Source: an uncultured Bdellovibrionales bacterium
GTDB taxonomy: Bacteria; Patescibacteriota; Minisyncoccia; Moranbacterales; UBA1568
DNA: 64,000 nt
Direction of reading: 5' to 3'
Assembly: GCA_964436855.1 (NCBI GenBank)
Contig: CAYTED010000004.1
Location: 3,627-67,626 of the forward strand
Shown: positions 60,245 to 64,000 of the stretch, in pieces
How the letters are laid out: each line of letters begins with the position of its first letter
Position numbering within the stretch: the stretch's first letter is position 1
Program-made: the position numbers and the translations under genes
The notes under the pieces: model-generated
Database searches by the model: none
Told to the model about the DNA's origin: nothing
The model's input: only the letters and a program-made list of their open reading frames with translations

Positions 60245-60985
60245 TTATGCTTCCGACTTCTTCGCCTTCTTTTTTGGTTGAGCAGCTTCTTCCGCCACTT
60301 CCTTGGTTTCCATGGCAAGCGTCGAGAATTGTTCGATCAAAATCGAAATCGACTTCGCAAACGCTTCTTCCGGAGAAATACTGCCATCGGTAACCACCTC
60401 AAGCGTAATCTTGTCATAGTCCGTTCGTTTTCCGACACGCATATTTTCCACTTCGAAATTCACGCGCTTGACCGGCGTATAAATCGCATCAATCGCAATC
60501 ATGCCGATTTCCTTCTCGCGCTCCTGCTGTTCGACAGTGACGTATCCGATGCCGGACGCGACATCAATCTCCATTTCCAATTCCGCCTTCTTATCCGAAA
60601 GCGTCGCAATTACCTGTTCCGGATTTACCACCTCAACACCAGAAACAGTTTTAATGTCACCCGCTTTCACAACTCCCTCACCCTTTCCCTTAAGTGAGAG
60701 TCGCACCGGACCTTCTTCGGTCATACGAAAACGAACTTGTTTTAAGTTGAGAATGATATGCACCGCATCCTCCATTACTCCCGGAAGAGTCGTAAACTCA
60801 TGAGATACTCCCTTCATCTTTACAGATACTACGGCCGCGCCCTCAAGCGAAGACAAAAGAATTCGCCGAATCGCGTTTCCAAGTGTCGTCCCATATCCCG
60901 GATAACATCCAAGGATTTCAAACTTCCCGTGAGACGGAGCGATTTCCGTATATTTTGGTGCTTGCGGAAGACTGATTTTTTGCAT
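60245..60985 (-). CDS. rpoA: RNA polymerase alpha subunit (no C-terminal domain)
   Basis: GYGTTLGNAIRRILLSS, DAIYTPV, TDGSISP; only 246 aa. Confidence 0.96.
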   Translation of the reverse strand: MQKISLPQAPKYTEIAPSHGKFEILGCYPGYGTTLGNAIRRILLSSLEGAAVVSVKMKGVSHEFTTLPGVMEDAVHIILNLKQVRFRMTEEGPVRLSLKGKGEGVVKAGDIKTVSGVEVVNPEQVIATLSDKKAELEMEIDVASGIGYVTVEQQEREKEIGMIAIDAIYTPVKRVNFEVENMRVGKRTDYDKITLEVVTDGSISPEEAFAKSISILIEQFSTLAMETKEVAEEAAQPKKKAKKSEA

Positions 60986-61064
60986 ACCTCTTTATTCTCG
61001 GGCAACCTTTCCCTCCATGGATAGGAGCGCAAAGATGGCTGCGATACGATTAAAAAAATTATGA

Positions 61065-61694
61065 TTATTTTGAATAGTATTCGACAACGAGTTGCGGGTC
61101 TACATTGACTCCGATATCTGAACGACTCGGCAACCCGACTACTTTCGCTTCAAGTTTTTCCAAATCGAGTGAAAGCCATTCGGGAACATCCTTTTTATTC
61201 TTCAAAATATCCGCCTGCACTTTCAAGTAATTTTTTTCCTGCTTTGCTCCTTTGAGCGAAATCACATCACCCACCTTGACGGCCATGGAGGGGATATTCA
61301 TTCGGCGGCCATTCAATATAAACCACTTGTGTCCAACCAGTTGTCTTGCCTGACTGCGGGAATTCGCAAAACCAAGTCGATAAACGACATTGTCGAGTCT
61401 TCGTTCAAGCCGCGCAAGCAACAAATCTCCAGTGATACCTTCGCCTTTCAGCGCCTCGCCGTAATGCTTGCGGAATTGCCGTTCCAAAACGCCGTAAATC
61501 CGCTTGATCTTTTGCTTCATCGCGAGCTGTCGTCCGAATTCGGAAACGTTTCGGGCACCGGCCTGTCCGTGCTGTCCGGGCGCATACGCACGGCGAACCA
61601 TTGCGCATTTCGGCCCAATACAACGATCGCCTTTCAAAAAAAGCTTCTCTCCGGCGCGACGGCACAGTACACACTTATCGGTAATTTTTGCCAT
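61065..61694 (-). CDS. rpsD: 30S ribosomal protein S4
   Basis: CRRAGEKLFLKG, LERRLDNVV, VVEYYS. Confidence 0.97.
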   Translation of the reverse strand: MAKITDKCVLCRRAGEKLFLKGDRCIGPKCAMVRRAYAPGQHGQAGARNVSEFGRQLAMKQKIKRIYGVLERQFRKHYGEALKGEGITGDLLLARLERRLDNVVYRLGFANSRSQARQLVGHKWFILNGRRMNIPSMAVKVGDVISLKGAKQEKNYLKVQADILKNKKDVPEWLSLDLEKLEAKVVGLPSRSDIGVNVDPQLVVEYYSK

Positions 61695-61711
61695 AGAAAA
61701 ATAATTTGCAA

Positions 61712-62188
61712 TCAAATTCTTCGGGGACGACGCGGGCGACATCCGTTGTGCGGAATCGGCGTCATATCCTTAATACTCAAAATGGTAAAACCGTTATTCG
61801 CAAGTCCTCGGATCGCCGCTTCACGACCGCTTCCAACACCCTTCACAAATACATCCACTTCCTGAAGTCCGTATTTTTTAACTTTCTCGGAAACATCCGC
61901 TACCACTTGCGTCGCTGCATACGGAGTCGATTTTTTCGCCCCCTTGAAACCAAGATGTCCGGAGCTCGACCACGCAAGCGATGCGCCATTCGCATCAGAA
62001 AGCGTGATGATCGTATTGTTGTAGGTGCACTGAATCGTCGCGCGCCCCTTCAAGACCTGCTTCTTTGATTTCTTGCGTTTCTTCGCAGTCGTCCCTTCGG
62101 AGGTGGAAGCCTCTTCTTGAACTACTCCGGTCGAAATATCTTCGGGAGCCTGTGGCGCTTCTTCGGTTTTCTTCACTTCATCGGTCAT
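61712..62188 (-). CDS. rpsK: 30S ribosomal protein S11
   Basis: KKSTPYAA, TPIPHNGCRP. Confidence 0.97.
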   Translation of the reverse strand: MTDEVKKTEEAPQAPEDISTGVVQEEASTSEGTTAKKRKKSKKQVLKGRATIQCTYNNTIITLSDANGASLAWSSSGHLGFKGAKKSTPYAATQVVADVSEKVKKYGLQEVDVFVKGVGSGREAAIRGLANNGFTILSIKDMTPIPHNGCRPRRPRRI

Positions 62189-62232
62189 ACGAATAAATAG
62201 GATCTCGGATAAGTGTCAATGGTCAATGAATA

Positions 62233-62622
62233 TTATGTCTTGCTATCGGCTTTCTTTCGACCGCTACCCATAGTCTTTCGAACATTGCCGCGTACGGTTC
62301 GGGTATTTGTTTTTGTTCGTTGCCCTCGAACCGGGAGTCCTCGCTGATGACGCGACCCTCGATACGATCCGATTTCCTTCAGACGGCGAATATTCATCTT
62401 CACTTCATGCCGCAGTTCACCCTCCACCCGATAGTTTTTTTCAATTTCTTCACGAAGACGGTTGGCATCTTTTTCCGCAAGATCTTTCGTGCGAGTATTC
62501 GGATCAATCCCGAGCTTCACAAGAATTTTTTGACTCAAAGGAAGACCGATTCCGTAAAGGTACGGGAGCGCCGCTTCGATTCTTTTATTGTCAGGGAGGT
62601 TTACACCGGCGATTCTCAACAT
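62233..62622 (-). CDS. rpsM: 30S ribosomal protein S13
   Basis: [20 protein letters not shown]. Confidence 0.97.
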   Translation of the reverse strand: MLRIAGVNLPDNKRIEAALPYLYGIGLPLSQKILVKLGIDPNTRTKDLAEKDANRLREEIEKNYRVEGELRHEVKMNIRRLKEIGSYRGSRHQRGLPVRGQRTKTNTRTVRGNVRKTMGSGRKKADSKT

Positions 62623-62729
62623 AGTCTTGATGGCTTTATGAGTTTCTTTGGATACTTCACGATCTTTTTCGTATTTCTCGAATTCCTTGGAAAGAATTCT
62701 TGAAATGGCGTGGCCTCGGAAGTCTGATA

Positions 62730-62843
62730 TTACCCTTGTCGTTGCTTATGTTTCGGGTTCGCGCAAATTACGTACAGCTTCCGCTGCCGTCGAACAATTT
62801 TGCAATGAGCACAAATTTTCTTGATAGATGCACGAACTTTCAT
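62730..62843 (-). CDS. rpmJ: 50S ribosomal protein L36 (absent from ORF track)
   Basis: hand translation [37 protein letters not shown]. Confidence 0.96.
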   Translation of the reverse strand: MKVRASIKKICAHCKIVRRQRKLYVICANPKHKQRQG

Positions 62844-62852
62844 AAAAATTCT

Positions 62853-63074
62853 CTACCTTAACCGCTGAACGATTCTTCCTTTTGTAAGATCGTACGGACT
62901 CATTTCAATAATCACCCGATCCCCGGGAAGCAAACGGATATAGTGCACGCGCATTTTTCCGGAGATATGACCGAGTACTTCGTGGCCACTGTCAAGTTTG
63001 ACACGAAATGTTGCACCCGGGTGGCTCTCAATCACTTCTCCTTCCATGCGAATAACATCCTTTTTTTCTCCCAT
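62853..63074 (-). CDS. infA: translation initiation factor IF-1
   Basis: [24 protein letters not shown]. Confidence 0.96.
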   Translation of the reverse strand: MGEKKDVIRMEGEVIESHPGATFRVKLDSGHEVLGHISGKMRVHYIRLLPGDRVIIEMSPYDLTKGRIVQRLR

Positions 63075-63265
63075 AGCGTCGTTTGACGTCCTTTTTGTAA
63101 ATTTTTTCGAACCAACGCAAAAACAGAGAAGCGTGTCTTTCTTCGGGAAACCCAATCCTCATTCATGAAACTCTGCCGTATGCACTCCCTGGAAAACGCT
63201 CTGTATTCACTTTTTTTCGAACGTACCTGCCATTGTAGGGAATGATGAGAATTTTGTCAATATTT

Positions 63266-63982
63266 CTATTTCCCCAGTCGGCGTTCACGACGGGAATATT
63301 CTTCAATCGCCGCATAAAATCGCTCGCCGGTAAAATCCGGGTAGAACTCTTCGGGGAAGAGAAGTTGGGAATTTGCCGTTTCCCACATCATAAATCCGGC
63401 CGACAAATGCGGGTCGCCGCCGGTTCGAATCAGATAATCAACTGGGGACAGCTCGCTTGTAAAAAGGTGTTGCTTGAGAAATTTTTCGTCTATTTCTTTT
63501 TCTGATGCACCACTCGTAACAATGGATCGAATCGCCTGAAGCATCTCATCATCTCCGCTATAAGCCAAAAAGAAATTCAAAAAATATGAATTGTACTCTT
63601 TCGTGTCCTCAATACACCGATAGAGAATTTTTCTGAGTGGCCCCGGAAACTGCTCTTCCCATCGGCCGATGATTCGGATCTGCGTCCGATCCGAATGAAT
63701 ATCTTCGCTCCCAATAAGTTTTTCAAAATACGTTTCATAAATACGAAGAAGTGCGCGACTCTCCTCAAGCGGACGCTTCGTGAGATTCTCAAGCGACGAT
63801 CCCCAAATCGAAAATTCTCGAATCCCGAGTTTCCGTGCCATTCGAACGATATCTTCCGTATTTTTCGCGCCCGCTTCATGCCCTTCCCATGGCGCAAGTC
63901 CTCGCGCTTTCGCCCAACGACGATTTCCATCGGGAATAATAGCGACATGATTCGGAACAATGTCTATTTTCTCAAATTCCAT
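63266..63982 (-). CDS. uppS: undecaprenyl diphosphate synthase
   Basis: HVAIIPDGNRRWA, LIRTGG, RERRLG. Confidence 0.95.
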   Translation of the reverse strand: MEFEKIDIVPNHVAIIPDGNRRWAKARGLAPWEGHEAGAKNTEDIVRMARKLGIREFSIWGSSLENLTKRPLEESRALLRIYETYFEKLIGSEDIHSDRTQIRIIGRWEEQFPGPLRKILYRCIEDTKEYNSYFLNFFLAYSGDDEMLQAIRSIVTSGASEKEIDEKFLKQHLFTSELSPVDYLIRTGGDPHLSAGFMMWETANSQLLFPEEFYPDFTGERFYAAIEEYSRRERRLGK

Positions 63983-64000
63983 ATACCTTCCCTTATTATA

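Overview
This is core chromosome of a Candidate Phyla Radiation (Patescibacteria) bacterium, probably Parcubacteria/OD1. That placement is an inference from four things: no rpmD (L30) between rpsE and rplO, an RpoA lacking the alpha-CTD, a stand-alone 16S gene carrying an insertion, and standard code 11 with TGA as stop. The window contains recG, a GT2/GH1 pair, tsaD, valS, hsp20, vanW, six intact tRNAs, 16S rRNA, the str, S10 and spc clusters, a separate infA-alpha-rplM-rpsI cluster, comEC, nrdR, ndk, ftsAZ, ybeY, uppS and two large surface proteins. I saw no CRISPR array, prophage or transposase. The unusual signal is sub-gene: at least six families of miniature palindromic elements are dispersed through the window and nest inside one another. 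Copies lie in-frame in tsaD (twice), recG and valS, inside 16S helix 40, and exactly in the T-loop of a duplicated tRNA-Pro half. One family flanks a DUF559/Vsr-like endonuclease gene as inverted repeats, suggesting an autonomous element with solo copies. Other candidates are a ~180-nt promoter-to-terminator ncRNA, a tRNA-like RNA, and a surface polyprotein with an internal second signal peptide. All alignments and folds were done by eye; no database searches were run.
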